The translations under genes and the position numbers were made by a program. From Desulfobacterales bacterium (lineage in GTDB: Bacteria > Desulfobacterota > Desulfobacteria > Desulfobacterales > UBA5616): 64,000 bases of DNA. The number at the start of each line of letters is the position of its first letter. The first letter of the stretch is position 1. The notes below the pieces were generated by a model, which saw only the letters and a list, made by a program, of their open reading frames with translations, was not told the origin of the DNA and searched no databases. The DNA is taken from the NCBI GenBank assembly GCA_046483495.1, contig JAWODC010000077.1, positions 1 to 64,000 on the forward strand, read 5' to 3'. Shown one piece after another: positions 39,438 to 48,915 of the stretch.

Positions 39438-40288
39438 TGTATGACAGCCGGTGGATCAGTGAGAAGTGGGAAAATGTCGAAACCCGATACCGGATCAAGA
39501 CCGTGTTGTATGAGGAAAAAACCCATTTCCAGCACATGGTGGTTGTGGATTCTTATCAATACGGCAGGATGCTGTTGTTGGACGGGATTGTCCAGACCAC
39601 GGAAAAAGATGAGTTCGTCTATCACGAAATGATGGTGCACGTTCCCATGCTTTCCCATTCCAACCCGAAGCGGATTCTGATTATCGGCGGCGGCGACGGC
39701 GGCGTACTGCGCGAGGTCCTGAAGCATCCATGTGTAGAAAATGCCCACATGGTCGAAATCGATCCGAAAGTAGTCGACTTTTCTTCTAAGTACTTTCCAA
39801 ATATCAATAAAGGGGCCTTTTCAGACCATCGAGCGGCATTGATTTTCGATGACGGGGCGGAATTTGTTGCATCGACTCACGAGAAGTATGATATCGTTAT
39901 CGTGGATTCACCCGACCCGGTCGGTCCGGCCAAGGTCCTGTTCGAGGAGAAATTTTATAGTGATGTTTCCGGGCTGATGAAGGCAAACGGCATTATGGTT
40001 TGCCAGACCGGATCGCTTCACATGCAGCCGGAAGAGCAGCGACACGCAAATCGGGTGTTGGCGAACATGTTTGTCCATGCGAAATTTTATACGTATACCG
40101 TTCCCACCTATGTGGGCGGTCTTTTTTCATCGATATTTTGTTCGAACGGCATCGATCCCGAACAAATTGATTATGAAACGCTTGCGGGAAAAGCCGGCGG
40201 CATTTCTCTTAAAACGCAATATTACAATCCCGGGATCCATTTGGGAGCTTTTTCCCTGCCGGAGTTTTTCAGGGGGAAATTAAAATGA
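39434..40288 (+). CDS. speE: Polyamine aminopropyltransferase (spermidine synthase)
   Basis: LLDGIVQTTEKDEFVYHEM, IIGGGDGG, VEID, IVDSPDPVGPA, VPTYVGG. Confidence 0.95.
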   Translation: MMYDSRWISEKWENVETRYRIKTVLYEEKTHFQHMVVVDSYQYGRMLLLDGIVQTTEKDEFVYHEMMVHVPMLSHSNPKRILIIGGGDGGVLREVLKHPCVENAHMVEIDPKVVDFSSKYFPNINKGAFSDHRAALIFDDGAEFVASTHEKYDIVIVDSPDPVGPAKVLFEEKFYSDVSGLMKANGIMVCQTGSLHMQPEEQRHANRVLANMFVHAKFYTYTVPTYVGGLFSSIFCSNGIDPEQIDYETLAGKAGGISLKTQYYNPGIHLGAFSLPEFFRGKLK

Positions 40289-40659
40289 CGACCAAAAATG
40301 AAAAAGTGACCTTTGGATGGGAATTGATTATGGATTTATACGGATGTGATCCGGCACAAATCGCCAGTGAAGCCGCTATCCGTGATTACGCCGTTAAGCT
40401 TTGCAAACTGCTGAAGATGAAGCCTTATGGAGACCCGCAAACACCGTATTTTGGAGAAAACCAGGAACATACGAAAGGCTATTCCCTGCTTCAGTTCATC
40501 GAAACAAGTTCCATAACGGGACATTTTTCCGAGCATACGCGTGCGGCATATATCAATATATTTTCGTGCAAATGGTACGATATGGCGGCCGCTGAAAACT
40601 TTACAAAAAAACATTTCGGCGCAGGTCGGGTCAATTCCAGGTTTATTGTCCGGGAATAA
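40285..40659 (+). CDS. Divergent AdoMetDC/SpeD-fold pyruvoyl decarboxylase
   Basis: GWELIMDLYGC, GYSLLQFIETSSITGHF, INIFSCK; aligns without gaps to the SpeD active-site segment. Confidence 0.85.
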   Translation: MTTKNEKVTFGWELIMDLYGCDPAQIASEAAIRDYAVKLCKLLKMKPYGDPQTPYFGENQEHTKGYSLLQFIETSSITGHFSEHTRAAYINIFSCKWYDMAAAENFTKKHFGAGRVNSRFIVRE

Positions 40660-40756
40660 AAAAACATTGAATCGGCGGCATTCGAATCGAGCGGGTTTTT
40701 GCCCGCTCGACGTTTACGAAGACAATCTTCCGCTTTTATCCTGAAAAGCAAAACGT

Positions 40757-41404
40757 TTACTGAACGATAACGATTCCCGCCAGTGTTCCCTTGGGAATGT
40801 TTTCCGGACCGGCATTGCTGCCGATGGGGTATATATCCCATCCCACGGTGGTCACCATTTTGTAGACATCCATTCCCACAGCCTCCATGGAGGGCCGGCT
40901 CAGAATGGAAAATCGGCAACGTTTGCCTTCCATAGCCCGGCATGTCTCCTCCCGGGAACAAAACGTGTGTCGGCATGAACCGGCTGCAAAGCCGAAAGCG
41001 AGGTAATGTCCGTCATAAAACGCCTTCGACTCCAGTTCACTGACGATCTTGTACACGTTCTGATAGGCGTCGATCCGCTCTTTGATCGTTGCCTTATCCC
41101 TGACGATCACCTCGGAAGGCACTTCCTTGATGAACAGAACCGCCCATTGGTAATGTTTCAACAAGGCTCTCAACTCGGAGGGCTTTAAGGTATTGGGCGG
41201 GCAGTGTGCACCGGTACCGAATCCGAAGCATCGGGGGATTTGGCATTTCAAGACAACGCGATCGTCTACGATGATGTCTTCAGCCGTGATGACAGCGGCC
41301 TTGGTTGCACCCAGCTCAAGGGCTTTTTCCTTATATTTTTCCAGGTGCTCCTGCAGCTTTTCCGCTTGCATGGAGAGGGTTATTTTTTCGATGGTTTGTG
41401 CCAT
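40757..41404 (-). CDS. DUF2284-type Cys-rich predicted metal-binding protein
   Basis: KCQIPRC..CPP, AGSC...C, CRF...RPSMEAVGMDV. Confidence 0.85.
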   Translation of the reverse strand: MAQTIEKITLSMQAEKLQEHLEKYKEKALELGATKAAVITAEDIIVDDRVVLKCQIPRCFGFGTGAHCPPNTLKPSELRALLKHYQWAVLFIKEVPSEVIVRDKATIKERIDAYQNVYKIVSELESKAFYDGHYLAFGFAAGSCRHTFCSREETCRAMEGKRCRFSILSRPSMEAVGMDVYKMVTTVGWDIYPIGSNAGPENIPKGTLAGIVIVQ

Positions 41405-41424
41405 TGGTGCTTCCTTGCTTCCTC

Positions 41425-41467
41425 GTGCCATGGAGACGGCTGATTCTCTCCGTTTCCGGATGGACAC
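41425..41467. repeat. Degenerate family B repeat
   Basis: cggctgattctctccgtttccggatggacac. Confidence 0.65.
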
Positions 41468-41777
41468 TTACTAAGGGGTAATGCAGATGCGCTGCGACGA
41501 TTCCGGGTTGCGGTCGAACCGGAAATAAAAATGGGCCGGTACCGATGTCGACACGTCTTATCAGAACGGCAGCCGACGGTCAATAAAAAGACTATTCAAG
41601 GCATTTTCCGTCCGGTTATGCCGCCAATGCTGCGGCCGCCGTGATATTCTATTTTTTACTTGACGGTAAAATGAGTGTCTGTTAGTGGTGTAAGCTTATG
41701 TATTTTCTCGCCCGGCAAGGGGGTTTAACGTCTTTAATCATTGAAAAAAATTTAAATGAAGAGGGAAGGTTTGTGAC

Positions 41778-43838
41778 ATGGAAACTGTTTTAATAAGTCC
41801 GGCGAACTACTCTATTTTTGGGATACCGTTGGTCATTTTTTCCTTGTTGATTCCGGTTATCGGCGCCGCGGTTTTCGCTTATATAATTACCAAACGACTG
41901 GCCCCCCTGGTAAAGGCAGCGCCGGACGATCGGTTCAATCATTACGGGAAGCGATTATTCAATGTGCTGAAGATATGGTTGGCCCAGTGGCGCCAGCCCC
42001 GTTACAGGACAGCGGGAATAATCCATATCGTCATCTTTTTCGGGTTCCTGGCGTTGGCCATTCGGTCGACTTCGCTTGTCATTATCGGGATTTCCGAGGA
42101 TTTCGTCTTTCCGGGCATGAGCGGCGTTCTTGGCCATATTTATAATTTTATTAAAGATTATGCAGCGACAGCCGTACTCATCGCGTGTATTGCCGCCGGT
42201 TACAGAAGGGCCGTCGTAAAGCCGCCCAGATACGCAGTTCCTGCCAAGTACGGCCATGATCACACCGCTGAAGCGCTCTTCGTTCTGGCACTGATCTCCA
42301 CCTTGATGCTGTCCGAAAGCGCCTTTGAGGCAACGCAATTCGCCGCTGATCGACAGGCGGGATTGAACGGTGAATTCATCGCGCCCCTGTCGCTGGTATG
42401 GTTCTGGACACTGATTTTCAGCAACACCTCGATCGAAAGCCTTCAGGCGATTCATATCTTTTCCTATTACGTTCATGACGTGACCTTTTTCTTTTTCCTC
42501 TGTTTCCTGCCGCTGGGCAAGCACTTTCATGTGATTACATCTATTTTCAACGTGTTTTTCATGAGATTGAAGCGGGGAAACATCAAGCCGGTCCGTTACG
42601 GGGTTCCCGACGAGAAACTGGACGAGCTCGAATCGTTCGGCGTCAAAAAGCTCGAAGACTTCACATGGAAACATATGCTGGACTTTTACACCTGCGCCGA
42701 TTGCGGACGATGCTCGGACCAGTGTCCGGCCAATGCCGCCGGACGACCATTGTCCCCTCGATTCATTTCGATTAAAGCGCGGGACAAAATGTTCAAAAAT
42801 TATCCTTTGCGGGGAAACTTTCTGCCCAGTGAACCGCTGATCGGCGACATCTATGAAGAAGATGAAATCTGGTCCTGCACTACCTGCGGCGCTTGTGAAC
42901 AGGAATGTCCGCTGGGAATCGAATACATCGATAAAATCGTCGATTTAAGGAGGGGCATGGTGGACGAGGGCAATGTGCCCCAGTCCCTGCAGAAGCCTTT
43001 GGGTTCTCTGGAAAAGAGAGGCAATCCTTGGGGAAAAATGGAAAAAAAGCGGGATGAATGGGCAAAAGATCTGCCGGAAAATGTAACCGTAAAAGTTCTT
43101 GACGGGAATGCCAAAGCTGATACTCTATATTTTGTGGACAGCATTACCTCCTATGACGACCGTATGCAGGATATCGGCCGTGCCACGGCAAAACTACTAA
43201 CTGTGGCGGGCATCGATTTCGGCATACTGGGGAAAAGCGAAAAAGACTCTGGAAACGAAGTCAGAAGGTTCGGTGAAGAAATGCTCTTTCAAGACTTGAA
43301 AGAGCAGAATACGGAAGCCATCGCCGAATCCGGGGCATCCCGGATCGTTACGGCGGATCCCCACGCTTATAATGCGTTGAAAAACGAGTATGCGGATGTG
43401 CCCCCCGTGGAGCATATCAGCGAGGTGATACTGAAGGCCGTCAAGTCCGGTGCCATACGCCTGAAGGCCGCCGATGACGATTCCAAGATCTATACGTATC
43501 ATGATCCCTGCTATTTAGGGCGCCACAACGCGATTTATGAAGAGCCCAGGCAGGTCCTGGATGCCATACCCGGTTTGCGGCGGGTTGAAATGACCAAATC
43601 CCGTGATCGGTCTTTTTGCTGCGGCGGCGGTGGACTCATGCTGTTTTACGAGCCGGAGGAAGAGCAGCGCATGGGTGTCCTCAGAGTTGAAATGGCCAGG
43701 GCGGCCGGTGCCGACGTTATCGTGACAGCCTGTCCGTTCTGCCTGGTCAACATCGAAGATGCCATTAAAGTGGCGGGCTTGGAAGGCCAGATGGAAGTCA
43801 TTGAACTGGCAGAGTTGGTTGAAAGGCATATTGGATAA
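41778..43838 (+). CDS. Membrane Fe-S CCG-domain oxidoreductase (HdrF/DUF224/FadF-like, probable ETF:quinone oxidoreductase)
   Basis: TM N-terminus with His residues (KHFH), two 4Fe-4S motifs, YHDPCYLGR, FCCGGGG, TACPFC; upstream of etfBA. Confidence 0.9.
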   Translation: METVLISPANYSIFGIPLVIFSLLIPVIGAAVFAYIITKRLAPLVKAAPDDRFNHYGKRLFNVLKIWLAQWRQPRYRTAGIIHIVIFFGFLALAIRSTSLVIIGISEDFVFPGMSGVLGHIYNFIKDYAATAVLIACIAAGYRRAVVKPPRYAVPAKYGHDHTAEALFVLALISTLMLSESAFEATQFAADRQAGLNGEFIAPLSLVWFWTLIFSNTSIESLQAIHIFSYYVHDVTFFFFLCFLPLGKHFHVITSIFNVFFMRLKRGNIKPVRYGVPDEKLDELESFGVKKLEDFTWKHMLDFYTCADCGRCSDQCPANAAGRPLSPRFISIKARDKMFKNYPLRGNFLPSEPLIGDIYEEDEIWSCTTCGACEQECPLGIEYIDKIVDLRRGMVDEGNVPQSLQKPLGSLEKRGNPWGKMEKKRDEWAKDLPENVTVKVLDGNAKADTLYFVDSITSYDDRMQDIGRATAKLLTVAGIDFGILGKSEKDSGNEVRRFGEEMLFQDLKEQNTEAIAESGASRIVTADPHAYNALKNEYADVPPVEHISEVILKAVKSGAIRLKAADDDSKIYTYHDPCYLGRHNAIYEEPRQVLDAIPGLRRVEMTKSRDRSFCCGGGGLMLFYEPEEEQRMGVLRVEMARAAGADVIVTACPFCLVNIEDAIKVAGLEGQMEVIELAELVERHIG

Positions 43839-43911
43839 GAAATATGCCCCGCCTCGGCGGGGTCGGTTCAGAGCCCCTTTCTTCACATACAATTTAACTT
43901 GGGAGGATGAA

Positions 43912-44703
43912 ATGGAGATTTTAGTATGCGTTAAGAGAGTTCCCGATACCGCGGAAAACGAGATAGAAGTGAGAAAAGACGGTACGGACATCGTCCGTGA
44001 GGATCTCGTTTATTCCGTAAATGAATGGGACAATTATGCCGTGGAAGAGGCGATCCAGATCGTTGAGGACAAAGGCGGTTCCGTCACCGTGGTAACCGTC
44101 GGTGATGATGATTCCGAAGAAGTGCTGAGGCGGGAAATGGCCATGGGCGCGGACAATGGTCTTTTGCTCAAGGATGCCGCTTTCGACAAATCCGACGGCC
44201 GGGGAGTCGCCGCTATACTCAAAGCCGCGGTGGAAAAGGGCAATTACGACCTGATCATGTGCGGCGCCCAGGCGGATGACCAGGCGGCGCAGGTTGGTGG
44301 TATGCTGGCCGCCATGCTCGATGTTCCCTATGCATCCCTCGTCAATTCTATCGAAGTCGTTGATGACAAGAAGCTCAAGGTAGGCCGCGAAATCGAAGGG
44401 GGCAATCAGGAAATGAATGAAATCGACCTTCCCTGTGTGGTTTCCATCCAGACGGGTATCAATGAACCCCGTTATGTGGGAATTCGGGGCATTCGCAAAG
44501 TCGCCTCTGTTGAGATTCCCGTGCATGGCGCCGCTGATTTGGGGGTCGATACGGGAACCGTCGGGCAAGATGGAGCCAAGGTAAAGATGGTGGATTACTT
44601 TGTGCCCGAATTGGGTGAAGGCGCTGAGATGCTCACGGGAAGCACGGAAGAGATCGTCGAAAAACTGATTGAACTCTTAAAATCCAAAGGAGGGCTCAAA
44701 TAA
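43912..44703 (+). CDS. etfB: Electron transfer flavoprotein beta subunit
   Basis: MEILVCVKRVPDT, YAVEEA, MAMGAD, GINEPRY; GGAGG RBS. Confidence 0.95.
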   Translation: MEILVCVKRVPDTAENEIEVRKDGTDIVREDLVYSVNEWDNYAVEEAIQIVEDKGGSVTVVTVGDDDSEEVLRREMAMGADNGLLLKDAAFDKSDGRGVAAILKAAVEKGNYDLIMCGAQADDQAAQVGGMLAAMLDVPYASLVNSIEVVDDKKLKVGREIEGGNQEMNEIDLPCVVSIQTGINEPRYVGIRGIRKVASVEIPVHGAADLGVDTGTVGQDGAKVKMVDYFVPELGEGAEMLTGSTEEIVEKLIELLKSKGGLK

Positions 44704-45665
44704 TGGCTGGTAAAGTGTTTGCATACATCGAGCATATGGAAGGGATCGCCGACGATACAGCCCTGGAACTGGTAAATGCCGGGAAAAAAATTGCCGGTGG
44801 TGCGGGTATGACGGCATTGGTATTCGGCTCGGGTATCGAAGCCTTGTGCAACGAAATGGCTGCATCCTTCAGTGAAGTCTGGAAAATCGATAATGATGCT
44901 TTTTCGTATCCCAATGCGGAAGTGATTCGAAAAGCGCTGCTGAAGATCCTGCCGTCGGATGCCGTTGTGCTGGTGCCCCATGACACCTTTGGAATGGATC
45001 TGGCCCCCGGCCTGTCGATTAAAATGGAATCCCCGTTTTTGGCCGACGTAATCGATTATGAGGTGGAGGGTTCCGGTTTAACGGCTGTTCGCCAGGAATA
45101 CAGCGGACAGGCTCATGCCCACATGTCCTGCGATCTTTCAGCCGGAGCGGTGATCAACGTGCGTCCCGGCGTTTTTCAGCCGGACGAAAGCAAATCCGCC
45201 GGTGGACAGGTTGTCGATAAATCCGGTGATATCGGTGAGATAGCCGCCGGACGCCGATTTCTGGAAGTCGTTGAAGCCGAAGCGGGTGAAGTGGATATTA
45301 CGAAATCCGATGTGCTGGTGTCCGTCGGCCGTGGTATCGAAGACGAAGAAAACATCGAAATAGCCCAGGAACTCGCCGATGCCATGGGTGCCGTGGTATC
45401 CTGCTCCCGGCCTATCGTGGATGCCAAGTGGCTTGAAAAATCCCGGCAGGTGGGCACCTCCGGGCAGACTGTTAAACCCAAGGTCTACCTGGCCATGGGA
45501 ATCAGCGGATCATTTCAGCACCTCGGCGGTATCAAGGGGAATCCCTTTATCGTCGCGGTCAACAAGAATCCCAAGGCTCCGATCTTCCAGGTCGCCGATG
45601 TCGGAGTGGAAGCAGATATTCTTGAATTCATGCCGGCGTTAACCGAGGCCATTAAGGCATTGTAA
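44703..45665 (+). CDS. etfA: Electron transfer flavoprotein alpha subunit
   Basis: VSVGRG, SRPIVDAKW, QVGTSGQTVKP, GISGSFQH. Confidence 0.95.
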   Translation: MAGKVFAYIEHMEGIADDTALELVNAGKKIAGGAGMTALVFGSGIEALCNEMAASFSEVWKIDNDAFSYPNAEVIRKALLKILPSDAVVLVPHDTFGMDLAPGLSIKMESPFLADVIDYEVEGSGLTAVRQEYSGQAHAHMSCDLSAGAVINVRPGVFQPDESKSAGGQVVDKSGDIGEIAAGRRFLEVVEAEAGEVDITKSDVLVSVGRGIEDEENIEIAQELADAMGAVVSCSRPIVDAKWLEKSRQVGTSGQTVKPKVYLAMGISGSFQHLGGIKGNPFIVAVNKNPKAPIFQVADVGVEADILEFMPALTEAIKAL

Positions 45666-45680
45666 GCATTAAAACGACAC

Positions 45681-45715
45681 AAAGCCGGCTGCGGCATCGA
45701 TGAGCAGCCGGCTTT
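45681..45715. terminator. Hairpin between convergent genes (probable intrinsic terminator)
   Basis: aaagccggctgc...gcagccggcttt. Confidence 0.7.
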
Positions 45716-45765
45716 CATGATGCCGTCCAAAACGCATTTTTCTTCTCGAGGGACGAAAAGCCCGC

Positions 45766-47859
45766 CTATAAAGCCGTTTCTTCAAACTGAACGGGTTCCC
45801 GCAAAATCAGCGCCAGAGCTTCTTTTGCACACTGGGCATGTTCGGGAAATCGGCTCTTCAAACCCTGGACATGGCGAAGGTTGTCCGCAGTCCTTAAAAT
45901 CAGCATCACGAGGTTCCCCGGTTCCATCTCGGACAGTGCCACGACTCTTTCCCATGGGTGGCCTACGGCCCATGCGTAAATTGTCGCCATCGGCCTCAAG
46001 AAAAACGGCCGGATTTCGAATTGCTCCGCCTCCAGCCGGGTCATCAATGGTTGAAGTTGTTTTTGAAGCTTCCGATAAACCTTGATCATCTTGTTCGGGG
46101 CGAATGCTGCTTCGATTTGGTCGCTGGATTCCGTCTCATTGACAAAAATCGAAATCGTCGCCGCCAGAAGGGCCGGGTCTGAATCGGGGTACAGGTTTTT
46201 TCGAAAACCCTCTGCGATCAGCAGCGGTTGGTCGACCCGCAGTTGAGCGGCCCATAAGCCGTCCTCGGTCAATGTGTTGTCGGCCGCAACGAAGCCGTTG
46301 ATCTGAAGGAAAGCCAGATGACGGTAAAAATCGTGTACGAGGTATTGTTCGATGAACAATTTCCGGCCGGTCCCCTTTTTCTTCCGGCTGATCTGAAAGG
46401 CGGCAAAACTCTTGGACAATAAATCCACGATTTGGCCGGGCGAGTGCGACAAAAGAAGGTTCAATACCATTGAAAAATTAATACGAATTTGACTGTCGAC
46501 CGGAGAGGGGGGCATATGCATCAATTTGGCGACATGCCGTATATCCATGAATTTGCCGGGCAGTATGACGGCGAACCCGATCTTATCCATGCCCCTGCGT
46601 CCGGCACGACCGGTCATCTGGTGAAACTGCGTGGCATCCAGCGGCACAAACTCCCTTCCGTTGAACCGGTCCGAATTCAACAGAACGATGGATCTGGCCG
46701 GAAAATTGACGCCTGCCGCAACCGTTGAGGTGGCGAATATGGCGTCCAGCAATCCCTCGGTCATCAATCTCTCCAGCACCAGTTTCCAGGCAGGGAGCTG
46801 ACCACTGTGGTGGGATCCTATGCCCAGGCGTTCGAGGTGTCGGCGCTGCGGATGGGTGGACAAGTGATCACTGGCGGCGGTCAATTCCTCGAATCGTCTT
46901 TGCCGGGGTTCGGCTTTCAGCGTCCGATCCGTATTTTGTCCGCACAATTCCAATGCGGCGTCACAGTCTGCACGCGATTTCAGAAAGAAAATTGCGGGCA
47001 GCAGACGGTATTTCCGCAGCACTTTCAATATTTCTCCAAAGGGCGGCAGCCGGTGGGGCGGTGCCAAAAAACGGGGGCGCTTTTCTTTCAGGTAGGACGA
47101 AACTTTTTTATCGAGACGGGTTGCCTTGTTGTCGGAGGGGTTTGTAATCAGCGGATGCAGGGTGCCGGAAGGATGAAAAAAAAGTGGAAACAGGGGAACC
47201 GGACGCTTGTATTCGGCTACCACTTCACACATGTTGGCCCGTATTTCCCCTATCCATTGAGCAATTTGCAGCGCATTGCCGATTGTCGCGGAAAGGAGCA
47301 GCAGCGGTATTCGAGAGGGGAGATAGATGATAATTTCTTCCCACACCACCCCTCTTTCTTCGTCCCCCAGAAAGTGGGCTTCATCCAGAATGACGAAATC
47401 GAAGGGAAGAATGGCGCCTATATGCATGGCGTCATACAGCTGATTTCGAAGCACTTCGGTTGTTCCGACAATGATGGAGGCATCGGGATTTTCTTTTCGA
47501 TCCCCTGTCAAAATGCCGACCTTTTCGGGTCCGAAAAGCTTCCCGAACTCCATAAATTTTGCGTTGGAGAGCGCTTTTAACGGTGAGGCATACCAGGATC
47601 GTTTGCCGGCATTGAGCATATGAACGATCCGCTGTTCAGCAATCCATGTCTTGCCCGCACCGGTCGGCGCTGTTACCAGGCAGTCGGAACGCACTGAAAT
47701 GTCAACGGCCTCGACTTGAAACCTGTCCGGAACGAACGGCTTTTTTCGAGGTGTGCCGATATCGGCAAAAATTTTCCGAAGCCTGGTATCTGCGGCCGGT
47801 TTAATCCGCGCCCGCCCTCGGCCCTTCTGCCGGCGGGCGGCATTGAATTGTGTCCTCAT
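45766..47859 (-). CDS. Ski2/HelY-like superfamily 2 DExH helicase
   Basis: APTGAGKT, SPLKALSNAK, DEAH, LSAT, HHSG, QMTGRAGRRG. Confidence 0.92.
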   Translation of the reverse strand: MRTQFNAARRQKGRGRARIKPAADTRLRKIFADIGTPRKKPFVPDRFQVEAVDISVRSDCLVTAPTGAGKTWIAEQRIVHMLNAGKRSWYASPLKALSNAKFMEFGKLFGPEKVGILTGDRKENPDASIIVGTTEVLRNQLYDAMHIGAILPFDFVILDEAHFLGDEERGVVWEEIIIYLPSRIPLLLLSATIGNALQIAQWIGEIRANMCEVVAEYKRPVPLFPLFFHPSGTLHPLITNPSDNKATRLDKKVSSYLKEKRPRFLAPPHRLPPFGEILKVLRKYRLLPAIFFLKSRADCDAALELCGQNTDRTLKAEPRQRRFEELTAASDHLSTHPQRRHLERLGIGSHHSGQLPAWKLVLERLMTEGLLDAIFATSTVAAGVNFPARSIVLLNSDRFNGREFVPLDATQFHQMTGRAGRRGMDKIGFAVILPGKFMDIRHVAKLMHMPPSPVDSQIRINFSMVLNLLLSHSPGQIVDLLSKSFAAFQISRKKKGTGRKLFIEQYLVHDFYRHLAFLQINGFVAADNTLTEDGLWAAQLRVDQPLLIAEGFRKNLYPDSDPALLAATISIFVNETESSDQIEAAFAPNKMIKVYRKLQKQLQPLMTRLEAEQFEIRPFFLRPMATIYAWAVGHPWERVVALSEMEPGNLVMLILRTADNLRHVQGLKSRFPEHAQCAKEALALILREPVQFEETAL

Positions 47860-48614
47860 TACAATCGGTTAATCATATCCTTCACGTTTGCAATCGCCGC
47901 GGTCCGGACGGCGAAGGGTGAAACGCCGTTTAAATCGGATTCGATCAATGCCTCATCATAGGCGATAAACCCCAAAAATTCAAAATTCGGCAGGTTCTTT
48001 TTTAGAAAATCTTCATCCCTTTGGTTTCGAATTTTGTTGCCCACCAAAGCAATACGTCTGAGGCCGATATCACCGGCAAGATCGTGAATGTGGGTCGCCG
48101 TCTCGACACTCCTGCGACCCGGCTCCACCACGACAATCAGCTTGTCCACCGCCATGGCCGTCGCCCTGCCCAGGTGTTCGATGCCGGCCTCCATATCCAT
48201 AACCACCACTTCATCCCTGGCCAGAACGATATGGGTGACCAGCGCTTTCAATAGGGTGCTTTCAGGGCAGATGCATCCTCCACCGCCTTTTTTGACTTCT
48301 CCCAATCGCATGAACTTGATATTGTTCAGCTTGACGGAAAGCGAATCCGGAAGGTCATCGACCTTTGGATTTAATTTAAAGAAACCGCCGATGCTGCCCG
48401 GTTTTGCCTCGGTGCGTTCAAAAATCAAGTCTTTCATTTCTGAAATGGGCGTGATGCGATGGGCATCCGCTATGCCCAAGGCTGTGGCAAGATTGGCGTC
48501 CGGGTCCGCGTCTATGGCAAGTACATGCTTCCCGGACTCGCTGAGTGCATGTATCAAAAGAGATGCAAATGTGGTTTTGCCGACACCGCCTTTTCCGCTG
48601 ATCGCGAGTTTCAT
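47859..48614 (-). CDS. cooC: CooC/AcsF-type nickel-insertion ATPase
   Basis: SGKGGVGKTT, IDADPDANL, GGGCICPE, DMEAGIEHLGR. Confidence 0.9.
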   Translation of the reverse strand: MKLAISGKGGVGKTTFASLLIHALSESGKHVLAIDADPDANLATALGIADAHRITPISEMKDLIFERTEAKPGSIGGFFKLNPKVDDLPDSLSVKLNNIKFMRLGEVKKGGGGCICPESTLLKALVTHIVLARDEVVVMDMEAGIEHLGRATAMAVDKLIVVVEPGRRSVETATHIHDLAGDIGLRRIALVGNKIRNQRDEDFLKKNLPNFEFLGFIAYDEALIESDLNGVSPFAVRTAAIANVKDMINRL

Positions 48615-48832
48615 CGTGTTATCCTTTCGTCATAATCGGGGCGGTTTTCAACTGCAGGAACATTTGGACAATTCAAAGCCATACGGTTTTTTGACATTCG
48701 GCCCCGTATAAAAATAACTCAACGGCATAAAATCAGTACATCGTTAATAATTTCGCACAAACATAGTGTTTTGGCAAGAGGCAGTTGGCGGGAAAACCTG
48801 CGCACCAAAAGGGATTTGCTTCAATTCGGGTT

Positions 48833-48868
48833 GGAGGGGGTTCACAACTTCGATTTTGAACCCCCTCC
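48833..48868. terminator. Hairpin downstream of the Ig-domain gene (possible terminator)
   Basis: ggagggggttca...tgaaccccctcc. Confidence 0.6.
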
Positions 48869-48915
48869 CATTGGATTTAACATGAACGCGGATGTAGTGC
48901 GGTCCTCAATCGAAT

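Noticed and set aside
41405..41467. Longer N-terminus for the DUF2284 gene
   Set aside because: The GTG lies inside a family B repeat; ATG 41404 has an AAGGA RBS
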